Shown here in pieces: positions 41,897 through 53,325 of a DNA stretch of 64,000 nucleotides. Made by a program: the position numbers and the translations under genes. Each line of letters begins with the position of its first letter. The stretch's first letter is position 1. The DNA is taken from positions 806,001-870,000 of the forward strand of contig OZ025652.1 of the NCBI GenBank assembly GCA_964019335.1, written 5' to 3'. This DNA is from Diplonema japonicum. Taxonomy: Eukaryota; Protista; Euglenozoa: Diplonemea. The notes beneath the pieces are model-generated. The model was not told the origin of the DNA. It searched no databases and saw only the letters and a program-made list of their open reading frames with translations.

Positions 41897-44800
41897 ATGG
41901 AGGAAAGTGCTAAGATGATGACGGAAGGCTCATGGCGCAGAAGCGGCATGGCTGCTGTCAGCTTGCAGCGCAACCCGGAAAGGTCGCTGGCTCAGCTGAA
42001 GGGGCTGATCGCAGCGTTGAAGACGAGGAACGATGAAGTGAGACAAGAGATCACATTAAAGATAAAGTCCATAGTAGAGGAGCTGAAGAAGGGTTCCCCT
42101 GATGAATTCAGCAGGCTCATGCAAGAAGTGAACCAAACTATTTTCAAATTGGTGCAAGAAGATCCTATTGACTTGTGGGCGGGCATAGGTGCTATTGGAG
42201 CCCTTTTAGATGTGGTCGATCCCACAGCAGCACAACTCGCACAGCTGGGCAACTACACGAGACTTGCACTACGCAACTCAGACAAATCAACTGTCACAGC
42301 AGCCACACGCACTTTGGGTAGGCTCGCAAAGAAGGGCGGTGTTCTCACAGCAGAACACATCGAACGTGAAGCGAAGAAGGCGCTTGAAGCACTGTCAGAA
42401 AGGGACGTGAAGGATATCAAGCTTTACACAGCAGTGTTGGTGGTCAAAGAGCTTGCTCTTAACGTGCCTGCATTGTTCTTTCCATACGTCGAGAAGTGCA
42501 TCAAGCCCATCTGGACCGCTATCAGAGACAGCAGTCTGCATATACGCGAAGCTGGCTGTGCTGCCTTGAGGGCTTTACTCGACATATTAAGCACACACGC
42601 CGACTCTCACTCCCATGCGGCCTGGTACACGTATGTCTGGGAGCAGTGCAAGATAGGTCTTAAATCTCGCGACTCTTCACTCAACCATGGTGCTCTGCTT
42701 TGTGTAGGTGATGTGTTCCACAACACAGGCCCTTTTCTTTATGATAAGTACCCTGAGACGTACCGCGCTGTTGCTGCCCATCGCGACAATTCCAATATCA
42801 TGATCAGGCTTGCCGTGCTGCGTGCCATCCCCGCTTTGGCATGGTATGCCCGGATTGACTTTCGTGCTCTCTTCTTGTCTGACACACTGGTGCACTTGTA
42901 TGCTTCTGTCAAAAAAGACAACAAAGAGGAACGTGTCGCAACACTAGCAGCTATCGCCGAGCTCAGTGCAGCGGTAGGGACTAATGCTTGGAAACCACAC
43001 TCGAGCACAGCTTTACAAGCTGTGAAAGGCGTCATCGAAAGGAAGAGCAAATTCACCCCCGAGGCCCTCCCCACATACGCAACACTGGCGGCAATGGTAC
43101 CACCTGGGGTCGAAAAGCAGGTGGCTGACTTCATCGACCCGCTCTACGCAGGAGGCGTGTCGTACTCGTTGGCCGAAGCCCTCGAGACCTTGGTGATGGC
43201 ATTCCCTTCTTTGAAAAACAAAATACAGTCCAAGCTGCTGGATTCGTTGTCCAAAGCTCTTACAGGGCAGTCCCACACAACGAGTGCAAGCATCTCTGAC
43301 ACCTCACCGCCACGGTTTGAGGACATACACCGTGCTTTGAGGATTCTGCGCACGTTTGACTTCCACCCAAGAGATCTCGGGCCTTTTGTTAGGGATTGCA
43401 TCATCAAGTTCCTCGATGACGAGTCTGCTGTTGTGCGAAAGGAAGCAGCTCTCACATGTGCTGCAATAGCGGTGCCCCGGAAGCATGCAATGATAGTTAC
43501 GAGGGGAGGGAACATGTCTCCTGACAGAAGTCGAGCACGCTCGAGGTCGCCCTCTTCGCACGTGCAGCCGTCAAGGGCTTTGACAAAAATAAGCGAAGTC
43601 GCTTTAGACTGGACTAAAGATGCTGCCACAACCAGAGGACACAAGGGTATCTTGGTCTCAGATGTTGTAGAAAGACTTCTCTCAATTGCTGTTGCAGACC
43701 CCGACCCTCAAATACGCCTCGCCATCTTCAGCAGTCTGGACGGAAGGTTTGCGAACCATTTGGCCACTGTAGACAGCCTTCGATTCCTGTTCATGTCCAT
43801 CAGCGACGAGGAGTTCGAGATCCGCATGCTCGTTACAGGTATTGTAGCAAAGCTTGCACCGCTGAACCCAAGCCATGTCCTGCCGTGCATACGTAAGCAG
43901 CTTCTGCAACTGCTAACGGTGCTTGAGCACTCGGTTGACTACCACACGCAAAACGAGTCGCTAAAGTTGCTCACAATCCTTACGAGGTCTGCACCCAAGG
44001 TCATGGCGACTTACACGCAGTCTGTAGTCGACACACTCAAACTACGAATGAACGAGTTGATGAGTGACGCGGATGTTGCCATCTCCCTTTTGAACACCGT
44101 ATCGGCTACGGCGGAAGCAGTGGGCGAGGATATGTTACAATATTTACGTTCCTTTTTGCCCCTAATCATCAAGGTCCTCAAGGGTCGGTCTTCGGCTCCG
44201 AAGCTTGATGCGGCATTGCGTGCATTAGGGAGCCTTGTGCAGTTCACGGGGCATGCAATTAAGCCCTATGAGCAGTACCCCGACCTGTTGCCAGTGCTCT
44301 TCTCCATCCTGAAGTGCGACACTTCTGACGTTACACTCCGTGAGACAATTAAAGTACTGGGCATTATTGGAGCACTCGATCCGTTTAGGAAGAAAATCTT
44401 AGATATTGAGAGAACTGAAGCTACGCACATGGAAGCACTGAACATGAAATCCGAGGGCTACTTCACCAAGGTGGTGCTGAAGAGCTTGGTTGTTATCATG
44501 AACGACGCCACTCTGCAAACGTACCACAAAAGCGTTGTGCAAACAATTGTGAACACATGTAAGAGCACCCATGGGAACCTGTCGCAGGTACTGTCCATTG
44601 TACTTCCCCCATTCATCTCAATACTGCGCAAGAGGGGCCCTGACACCGATCTCACTACAACAAAGTATTTGCTGGGACAGCTCTCGGTATTAGTCCCCCT
44701 ATGTGGTGTCAGCATCAACCAGTACTTGTCATCTCTGCATTTACTCGTTACGACATTTTTCAACAAAGAAGCGACTCTTGGTGTGGTGCTTCACCTGATA

Positions 44801-47800
44801 GCTGAGCTTGCGACAGCATGCCCTGCCGACTTCAAGGCCTATCTACCACCTTTGCTCCCACGTGTCTTGATCATCCTGAAAAACGATTCCCTCCCTGATG
44901 AGACCATCTCACTGAGGTGCCTCAAGATCCTATCGTGCTTGGGTGATCACCTCAACGAGTTCCTGCACCAAGTGATACCCACCATCATGGAGCTCGTGTC
45001 ACATGAAGGGTCTGACCTACCCCCTTATTACCAAGGGCTGCAGAGTGCAGCATTGAAGACGCTTCGCAGAATAGGGAAGGTACTCAGGCTCGAGGACCAC
45101 GCCTCCGCCATCATCCATCCCCTCTTACGCGTAATGACGAAGCCAGAGAGCATACCTTTACGAGGTGATATTATGGGCGTGCTGTGCATGATGGTCCATC
45201 AGTTGGGATCCGACTATGCTGTCTTCATCCCTATAGTGCACAAGGCAGTCACTGCCGTACATTACACACATAGGAAGTACAGCGCCCTCATTGAGAGGCT
45301 GCTCAAGAACCAAGTGCTCCCTGCCTATAACACGTTGGACATGGACACTGCTGAGATACGATACTTGAACGAGCTGCTGAACGTTCCTTTGGAAGAAGTA
45401 CCTACCCTTACTGACGAGGAGGTCAAGCTGCGTGAGAACAGTACAAAGCTTCAGGTGAATCAGAAGGCGGTGCTCAAAGCATTGTGGGAAGCAGCTAACG
45501 TGGTTACCAAGGATGGTTGGGTGAAATGGTTGAGGTCTTTCTCATTGGAATTGTTGCAGCAGTCACCACACATTGCTTTCAAACTATCTGCGAACTTGGC
45601 ATCTCAGTTGCAGCCTTTCACAAGGGGGCTTTTCAACGCGGCCTTCGTGTCTGTCTGGTGCAATATACGTGATACGACTCAAGAACAACTGTGCGTAGAG
45701 CTAGAGAGTATTTTAACAAATAGCACTCTTCCACCTGAGGTGTTGGGGATGCTCCTCAACCTCATTGAGTTCATGGACGCCAATGACATGGCAATGCCCA
45801 TCGATCCCCAGTTGCTGTCGAACCTGGCAACAAAGACATCTGCATTGGCGAAAACTTTGAGATGGAAAGAAATTGCATTTCAAATCGCACCACAAGTGAC
45901 AATCGAGAGGTTGGTGACAATTTACAACCAGCTAGGGCACACACACAGTGCGCTGGGTCTGCTGCACGTTGCAGAGAAATCAATCGACTCAACAAACAAA
46001 GAAAGCTGGTACGAGAGGCTGGAAAAGTGGGAACTTGCCCTCGAGGCACTTGAAAAGGAACGAGACAAGCTGAATGAACTGAAAGTACCTGATGGTGGCG
46101 CAAGGATGAGCATTGGCAGCAACAGTAGTAACGGTGACGATACATATGCCTATTTCCAGAAGGTCACCGAGATCGAGATGCGAATGATGAGGTGCCTGAA
46201 CGCTCTGGGGGAGTGGAAGCAGCTGCACAGCATGACAAAAGCGTCGTGGAACACTCTCTCGGCTACCCAGCGCAGTGACCACGAACAGGATGAAGAAGAT
46301 GAAGGCGACACACTGCAACATGCCATAGCTCCTTTGGCAACCGCTGCCGCCTGGCGCATGGGGGACTGGACGTTCATGGTTGACACCGTTGAGAAGGTAT
46401 GCACTATTTTACCCAATTTTACAAACGATCTGCAGTTGCCTGCCCATAGCTACGACTACTTCTTCCACAAGGCCATTCTTTCGCTCAAGTCTAAAGACGA
46501 CAAAACCTGCCAGTGGGCGATAGACATGGCGCGTGATAGTCTTGCACAGGTATGTAAGGAAATGCATAACAGTCAAACAGGAGCTGACTACCTTGGTGCC
46601 GGAGGGCTACGAAAGAAGCTACAAATGTATTGTGCAAGCGCAGCAGCTTGCGGAGATTGAGGAAATACAGTATGCAGTGCACACTAACATAAGCACAACA
46701 GGTTGATGCGCAACGACCCATCCCCGGAAAGGGGCAGGCTTCTCAAGAATGGGTGGATGACGAGGCTCAAGGGATGCACTAACAGCGTGCAGCATTGGGA
46801 CGGTATTCTGCAGGTCCGCTCGTTGTTCTTGGACCCCGTTGATGATTGTGGAACATGGCTGAAGTTCACAAGCTTGTGTCGCAACCAAGGGAAACACAAA
46901 CTGGAGAAAAAGACACTCCAAATGTTGCTTGGATGCCACCGCGAGGAAGGTTTTGACCCAGACCTGCTCACAAGAGATGTCGGAAAGTACAACCCCAGAG
47001 TGAGCTTTGCCTACTTCAAGCACTTGTGGGCTATAGGCGAGAAGAAGCCTGCGTACAGCGCGTTGAGTCAACTTGTATCGTTCTTGAAAGCAAGGAGGTC
47101 TCGCTCTGATGATGAGCTGCTTGCACGATGCTGTTTGAAACTAGGGGACTGGTCACCAGAGACTGGCAACCGCACGTCACAGAAGGCCATGGACTACTAC
47201 CGGGAAGCAATGTTTTATGATCAGAAATGGTACCGTGCATGGCACGCTTGGGCTCTTGCTAACCAAAAACAAGGACATGTGACTGCAGAAGGCAGCCCTG
47301 ACCATGTTGAGTACATAACATCTGCCATCAACGGCTATATCAAGAGCATCACGTTGGGCCCTAGCCATGCCTCTGTGCTGCAGGATATCTTGAGGTTGCT
47401 AACATTGTGGTTCTTGCACGGCACCCACCAGAGCGTGGAGACGGCTGTTAGCGAAGGCTTCAATCTCATCAAGCTCGACGTGTGGCTTCTGGTCATTCCA
47501 CAGATAATCGCAAGAGTGCACACAAAGGACAACAGAATAGCCGGCCTTGTAGGGCAACTCCTGCGTAGGATAGGAAAGGAGTTCCCGCAGTCCCTCGTCT
47601 ACCCCCTTACTGTGTGCGCGAAGAGCACTCATGCCGATCGGAAACAGGCAGCCTCAAAGATACTGGAAATCATGCGCGAAGACTCTGCTGCGCTCGTTGA
47701 GCAGTGCGAGTTCGTGAGCAACGAACTCATCAGAGTGGCTATCATCTGGCATGAGATGTGGCACTTGGGGATAGAAGAGGCCTCAAAGCTTTTTTTCGGT

Positions 47801-49419
47801 TCCAAAGACGTGGAAGGCATGCTGCGTTCACTGTTCCCGCTCCACAACATGATGAAGAAAACAGAGACGCTGCGAGAAGTGTCCTTCGTGCAGGCGCACG
47901 GGAGGGACTTAGAAGAGGCCTTTGAGTGGTGTCAGAACTACTTGCGCACGGGCGATGAACAGGCCATCCACCAGGCTTGGGAGCTGTACTACTCGACTTA
48001 CAAGAAGCTCAGGAAGGTGATCCCTGTGGACTACACGACTCTCGAGCTACAATATTGCAGCCCGCGTCTTGTAATGGCCAAGAATCTGGATATTACAGTG
48101 CCTGGCTTGCCACATGCACGCACAGCCATCAGAATCCAGTCATTCCACCCGCAGATGGACGTCATGCTCAGCAAGCAACGTCCCAGAAAGATGTCCATAC
48201 ACGGCAGTGACGGCAAGGAGTACAAGTTCCTGTTGAAAGGTCATGAGGACCTCCGTCTGGATGAACGTGTCATGCAGCTCTTCGGTTTGGTGAACGCTTT
48301 GCTGCAGTCGGACACAGCGACCGCTATGAAGACAGCTCTTCAGATCCAGCGTTACCCTGTGATCCCTCTGAACAGCAACGTAGGGCTGATAGGGTGGGTG
48401 GATAACACAGACACGTTGCACACGCTTGTGAAAGAGTTCAGAGAACGAAAGAAAATGCGCATCAATGTTGAGTACCAGCACATGGTGCAGCTGTGCTACC
48501 AGCAGGACCAGGCCTACGAGCATCTGCCCCTGATCAACAAGGTGGAACTGTTCGAGTACATGATGGAAAATACTACTGGGCAGGATCTGTACAAAGTTCT
48601 GTGGTTACAATCAGGTACAGCAGAAGTATGGGTAGAGAGGCGCACCACTTACACACTGTCATTGGCAACCATGTCTATGGTGGGATATATTCTTGGACTG
48701 GGGGACAGGCACCCCAACAACCTGATGCTGCAGCGTGTGACCGGCAAAGTGGTTCACATTGACTTCGGTGATTGCTTTGAAGTAGCGATGCTGAGGGAGA
48801 AGTTTCCTGAGAAGATCCCATTCAGGCTCACCAGAATGCTGCGGGGTGCGATGGAGGTCAGCGGTATCGAAGGAAACTTCCGCCATGCCTGTCACGACGT
48901 CATGCGAGTGCAGAGGGAGCACAAGGGGTCCGTCATGGCCATGCTCGAGGCTTTTGTGCATGATCCTCTGCTGCAGTGGAGGATCTTGCGTGCTGACAAA
49001 GGTAAAGACAAGGTGCAAGACGCCGAAGCGAAAAACGCGACTATGCGAAAGAACATGATAACCGAATACCTTGAGCAGCAACTGGAGCTCGAGAAGCCGG
49101 AAGACGCTATGCCTCCAAGGAAGGACCGGGCAGAAGACGAAAAAGAGTTGATGGCTGCATCCGTGAGGGGTGATGAGGGTGTGATCGCAAACCAAGAGCC
49201 CACTGGGTCCCACAAGGGTGTTCAGCTTCTCAAGAGAATCGATGATAAACTGAATGGAAAGGACTTCGAGCGCGTGGCACCTGAAGAAGGGTTAGATATT
49301 ACCAAGCAGGTATGCTTAGCAACTTCAACCACCCCCTGCAGGTCGACAGACTTATCAACCAAGCTTCGAGTGTTGAGAACCTCTGCCAGTGCTACATTGG
49401 GTGGTGTCCATTCTGGTGA
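41897..49419 (+). CDS. TOR: Target of rapamycin kinase (HEAT, FAT, FRB, PIKK kinase, FATC)
   Basis: [20 protein letters not shown]; [13 protein letters not shown]; GLGDRHPNN; HIDFGD. Introns at 46397-46435, 46550-46580, 46670-46701 and 49310-49341; the last restores [18 protein letters not shown]. Confidence 0.97.
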
Positions 49420-49622
49420 TTTGGTGTCTGTTTTGTTGTGCAATATTTAAAAGTTAGTGTCTTAAATGGCTGTCAGTGTGCTCCATGTGTTTTGTACTGA
49501 TGTTGGGTTGCTTTTATGTGAGCCTTAGGATACGTACCGACAATAGGCAGCCTTGCGGGCTGGCGAGTCTTTCTTCACTTTCCCATTTATTTTAGCACGT
49601 ACCATACCAAGCCGCACTACAG

Positions 49623-50360
49623 ATGGCGGACATCGAGTACTATGAGGATCCAGATGCGACGCTTGAGTTGATTAATGTGGGGAGCAGCTGTGCAGCTGTA
49701 CGGCTGCTGCAGATCAGGTTGTTTGGGCTTGAGGTGTTGCGGAACAGCGTGAGGGATAAGGTGCGACGAGTGGCAAAAGAAGAAAGAGAAGCGGCTGAAA
49801 TGTATAAGCTGAAAGAAAGGTGCATCGATTGGTTGGGTGACAAGTGGTTTGTTATGATGCACATCTTCAGAAGAGTAAAGGGCACACCGGGACACGAAAC
49901 GGAATGCAACGTCCACAGGTGCCTTGTATTCTGCGATTCTTCCACAAAGTGTTGGCTGGTTGTCGAATGCGATCCGAAACTGGAGATCAAGAGCGTCGAC
50001 TATGCACGCCAGGCTGCCCACGACTTGCACGCAATACTGTCACACATTGAGTTCCCCATCTCTGACATATCATTCTTGGTCTATGCGCAATGCTCCACTG
50101 GCCTTCCTGAAGAAAAGGGTAGAGGGCGCCTTGATCTATCCTCACCGGCGACCATCACTCCTTTGGAAAAGGCCCATGTGGAGGAGTTGGTTAACTGTGA
50201 TGCTGGTCAGAAAGCAGTACGGGATCTCAAACGACAACATAAAACCCGCAAAGGCTGTGACCCACCACCAGGGTCGCTTTTGAAAGAAGGCAGGACGGTA
50301 GTTCCGAACAAACAGTACATGATTTACCACCATACTGGCATCAAAACACTACAGGGTTAA
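49623..50360 (+). CDS. Hypothetical protein (~245 aa); 3' end uncertain
   Basis: ATG directly follows ctacAG. The stop is 1 nt before the next ATG, and a possible intron at 50315-50354 would change the end. Confidence 0.6.
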   Translation: MADIEYYEDPDATLELINVGSSCAAVRLLQIRLFGLEVLRNSVRDKVRRVAKEEREAAEMYKLKERCIDWLGDKWFVMMHIFRRVKGTPGHETECNVHRCLVFCDSSTKCWLVVECDPKLEIKSVDYARQAAHDLHAILSHIEFPISDISFLVYAQCSTGLPEEKGRGRLDLSSPATITPLEKAHVEELVNCDAGQKAVRDLKRQHKTRKGCDPPPGSLLKEGRTVVPNKQYMIYHHTGIKTLQG

Positions 50361-50361
50361 T

Positions 50362-53241
50362 ATGTTGCTTGTGCTGGCAACTGTGATGGCGACATGTCTC
50401 GAGCAGCTCAACAATATGGCTTGCGCGAACAACGTGACGTGCTTCACATGTGCTGATAGAATTGCATTCCTGGAGGATGTGCAGAATATGAAACGTGCTA
50501 ATGCAGAGGCGCAGATTGCGCAAGAATTCCCCACTGAGTGCGGGGCATGTACCGGCCGCGTTGTTACACCAGTGCTGACGCAGGAATGCGATGCGGTGGT
50601 GACAGTGCAGGCTTGTTCAAACGGCGAGTGTCACTCGTGTGGCTCGCGCATACAGTACCTGTACACTGTTCAGCAGTACTCCATCAATGGTGCAGTGCTT
50701 CAGATTGCGCGTGAGTTTCCTACCGAGTGCGGGGCATGTTTGCCACCCGATGTGACACCTCCGCACAGCTCCTATCCAGTGAAGAACCCAGTCAGGTTCG
50801 AACGCTTCATGCGGATAAACCTTGCGACCTCAGGCAACATGCCTCTCTCCTACCGCGTGGAGCCCGCCACTTACTTCAACGAAGTCCCTACCCACATGAA
50901 GACCCTGACGTACACCCAGAGCGAAACTGTTGCCGAGTGTTCGGCCAGCGCCACGAAAGGTGTTGCAACTGCTGACCAGCTCAACGAGTACACCTTCCAG
51001 ACGGAGCGGTACCTAACTACGTTGGGCCTTGACGTCTACGACGGGGCTGTGTGGTCGATGGCCATGAGTGTGCTGACAAATGAACAGCTGGTAAGGAAGT
51101 ATACAAGGAGCGTACTGGAAACGAGCACTACTGCAGGCCTCCAGAGTATCAGGTCCGACCTTGCTTGCAAAGGAAAGGATTGTGACCCGTTTAAAGAAAG
51201 CTGCGGTGTGTGCTACGGAGATGACTACACAACGCTTTCTAAGGACAACGCGCTGATGATTCGTCTCATTGGTGACCACTTCGCCGCACCTGGGTCTTCG
51301 GACGCGCGCTGCCCCGATATTTCAAAAGCCTGGCAATGGAATGACTTCAAACCCATATTGGGAGAGAATGCATGGTCCTTGCTGCTGGGGCCACTCGCAA
51401 CTGCTATTCAGAGGTACGGGTCGGCTGCTGCGATCCCCGAAACAAGCAAAGACTTCCTACTTGCCCTCAACATCATCCCAGCCCTTGAAGCCTTGAAAGT
51501 AAACGTCAGTGAAGGCTCTGACGGCTACGGGGCTTACTACTACACGGCAAACAACATTTTCACCTACGCAGGCTCCAACAACCTGAACGCAGGCTCCACA
51601 GTGAGTATTGAGAACCAAGCATCGTTGTACGCCGGGCTAAAGGGCTTGGAATACGTACTCTCGGAAATGAAATGCACGAACCTCGACTGCCGTGCAATCA
51701 GGTGCGATGTGGGGGTGCATGTGAACGCTGTAGAAAGCCTTTTGCTGTCGGCGTATAACGGACAGTACTTCCGCACCGACGGGGCTTATAATGCCACTAC
51801 ACGCGTATGGACTTGGCACGAGGATTCACCTTTTGCTGCGGACTGCCAGACCTGGGTGGGCACTGTGCTGGGGCCTGCAAAAATTGACGCACGTTATGGG
51901 ACAAACACAACGAGGAACTTGTGGCAAACCATCAAGGACAAGGCAGGTTATGGAAGATTTCAGAACGGCACTGTTCGCGGGGTAGGCTATGATGACATCA
52001 AGGACCCTGTCTACTACGCCAACAGCACAACTGTAGCCTCTCCCACATTCAAAATAAGCCTCAGCATCTTGTCGTCACTGTTTGACCCAACGACCTACAT
52101 GCCGCTACTAGACAGCTTCCTCAGCAATAACTCGATGGGAGTGAAGGCTGAGGTTGTCTCACACCAGAGGGAAACCAACGGCTTCGAGAGCGTCTCTGTT
52201 GCCTTCGTGGCACAGGAGGGAGTTGACTACACTACAGTGCGTGACGTGTGCTTCGCACTTGTGTACGATCTAAACACACCAGGGAACGCTATCAGGGACA
52301 CATTATCTGTCTCGCGTGTAAGCTACACTGAAGTCTTTTCTGCTGAGTGGACATTGGGTGCCGTCAATTTTGCACGCCTCATCGCAGCGGAGTCCAGCTA
52401 TCCTACCAACGAGGTGGAAGACATCCTGTGGGATGCGGACTTCATGCGTAGATCGTTAGAAGAAGAACAGCTCTTCAGTTTCACTCACTTGGGTTTAGCT
52501 ACCGAGGCTTTTACCTACGCCAATGCAAGGTACTACGTACCGTTTGGCTGGTGGGCAAATAACATACCTAGTACTGCATCCACCGGTTGGGGTGTTATGG
52601 TGGACATGGGCTGGAACCCTTTGCACGTGCTAGGCACGATGTCCTCCTCTTACCCAAAGCCTGCACAGTTCTGTGATACACCAGCACCTGCAACGACCGC
52701 CTCCCCCCCTGAGTTCAGTTCGAAGTACGTAGCACTCAGCATAGGGTCGGCACCGCTTGACAAGGTGGTTGGGGCTGTGAGCGAGATGCAGGCAAGCGTA
52801 GTAAAGTTGCTCTCTGCAACGACCAACGAGTGTGTCCAGATTTGTGCGATGAAGTTCATTAGTAATGTTTGGTTTTCGCAACAGTGCTATTCGTGTGACG
52901 GCACTGCTCAAAATAGACATAGTGAAACACTTGCAGTGCCTGAAAGGCACGACGTGTTGTTCACAATGACCACGCAGCACAGTTATGCAGACGCAGCGCA
53001 CGTTCTGACCCAGAATGGCCCCTCAATCATTCATCCCACTCGGGGGGCCTTTGATGGTGTCGCAGTAACGGCCTCAACACCAGCGCCAAAAAATACACCT
53101 TCCCCAGACACACCTTCTCCTGCACAACAACCAACCACGGTGGCACCTCCTGTCTCCCCAGGTACGCCGTCTTCAGCACAGAAGCTGCTCCCCCATACAT
53201 TTCTCGCTGCTTTCTGTATTATACTATTAGTTATTTACTGA
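50362..53241 (+). CDS. Secreted/GPI-anchored glycoprotein with two Cys-rich repeats and a conserved aromatic/acidic core (recalled as similar to trypanosomatid Golgi/lysosome glycoprotein-1)
   Basis: Hydrophobic N-terminus; two C..C..RI..L...QIA.EFPTECGAC repeats; motifs YDGAVW, KPILGENAW, SIENQAS, SAEWT and PFGWWAN; Pro/Thr stalk and hydrophobic C-terminus. Confidence 0.6.
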   Translation: MLLVLATVMATCLEQLNNMACANNVTCFTCADRIAFLEDVQNMKRANAEAQIAQEFPTECGACTGRVVTPVLTQECDAVVTVQACSNGECHSCGSRIQYLYTVQQYSINGAVLQIAREFPTECGACLPPDVTPPHSSYPVKNPVRFERFMRINLATSGNMPLSYRVEPATYFNEVPTHMKTLTYTQSETVAECSASATKGVATADQLNEYTFQTERYLTTLGLDVYDGAVWSMAMSVLTNEQLVRKYTRSVLETSTTAGLQSIRSDLACKGKDCDPFKESCGVCYGDDYTTLSKDNALMIRLIGDHFAAPGSSDARCPDISKAWQWNDFKPILGENAWSLLLGPLATAIQRYGSAAAIPETSKDFLLALNIIPALEALKVNVSEGSDGYGAYYYTANNIFTYAGSNNLNAGSTVSIENQASLYAGLKGLEYVLSEMKCTNLDCRAIRCDVGVHVNAVESLLLSAYNGQYFRTDGAYNATTRVWTWHEDSPFAADCQTWVGTVLGPAKIDARYGTNTTRNLWQTIKDKAGYGRFQNGTVRGVGYDDIKDPVYYANSTTVASPTFKISLSILSSLFDPTTYMPLLDSFLSNNSMGVKAEVVSHQRETNGFESVSVAFVAQEGVDYTTVRDVCFALVYDLNTPGNAIRDTLSVSRVSYTEVFSAEWTLGAVNFARLIAAESSYPTNEVEDILWDADFMRRSLEEEQLFSFTHLGLATEAFTYANARYYVPFGWWANNIPSTASTGWGVMVDMGWNPLHVLGTMSSSYPKPAQFCDTPAPATTASPPEFSSKYVALSIGSAPLDKVVGAVSEMQASVVKLLSATTNECVQICAMKFISNVWFSQQCYSCDGTAQNRHSETLAVPERHDVLFTMTTQHSYADAAHVLTQNGPSIIHPTRGAFDGVAVTASTPAPKNTPSPDTPSPAQQPTTVAPPVSPGTPSSAQKLLPHTFLAAFCIILLVIY

Positions 53242-53325
53242 TGACTGGTGTATCAACATGACACAACCATGCTCATTTCCTTTTTATAAACACCTCAGAC
53301 ATGACACATCTTGTGGCAGGCTACA

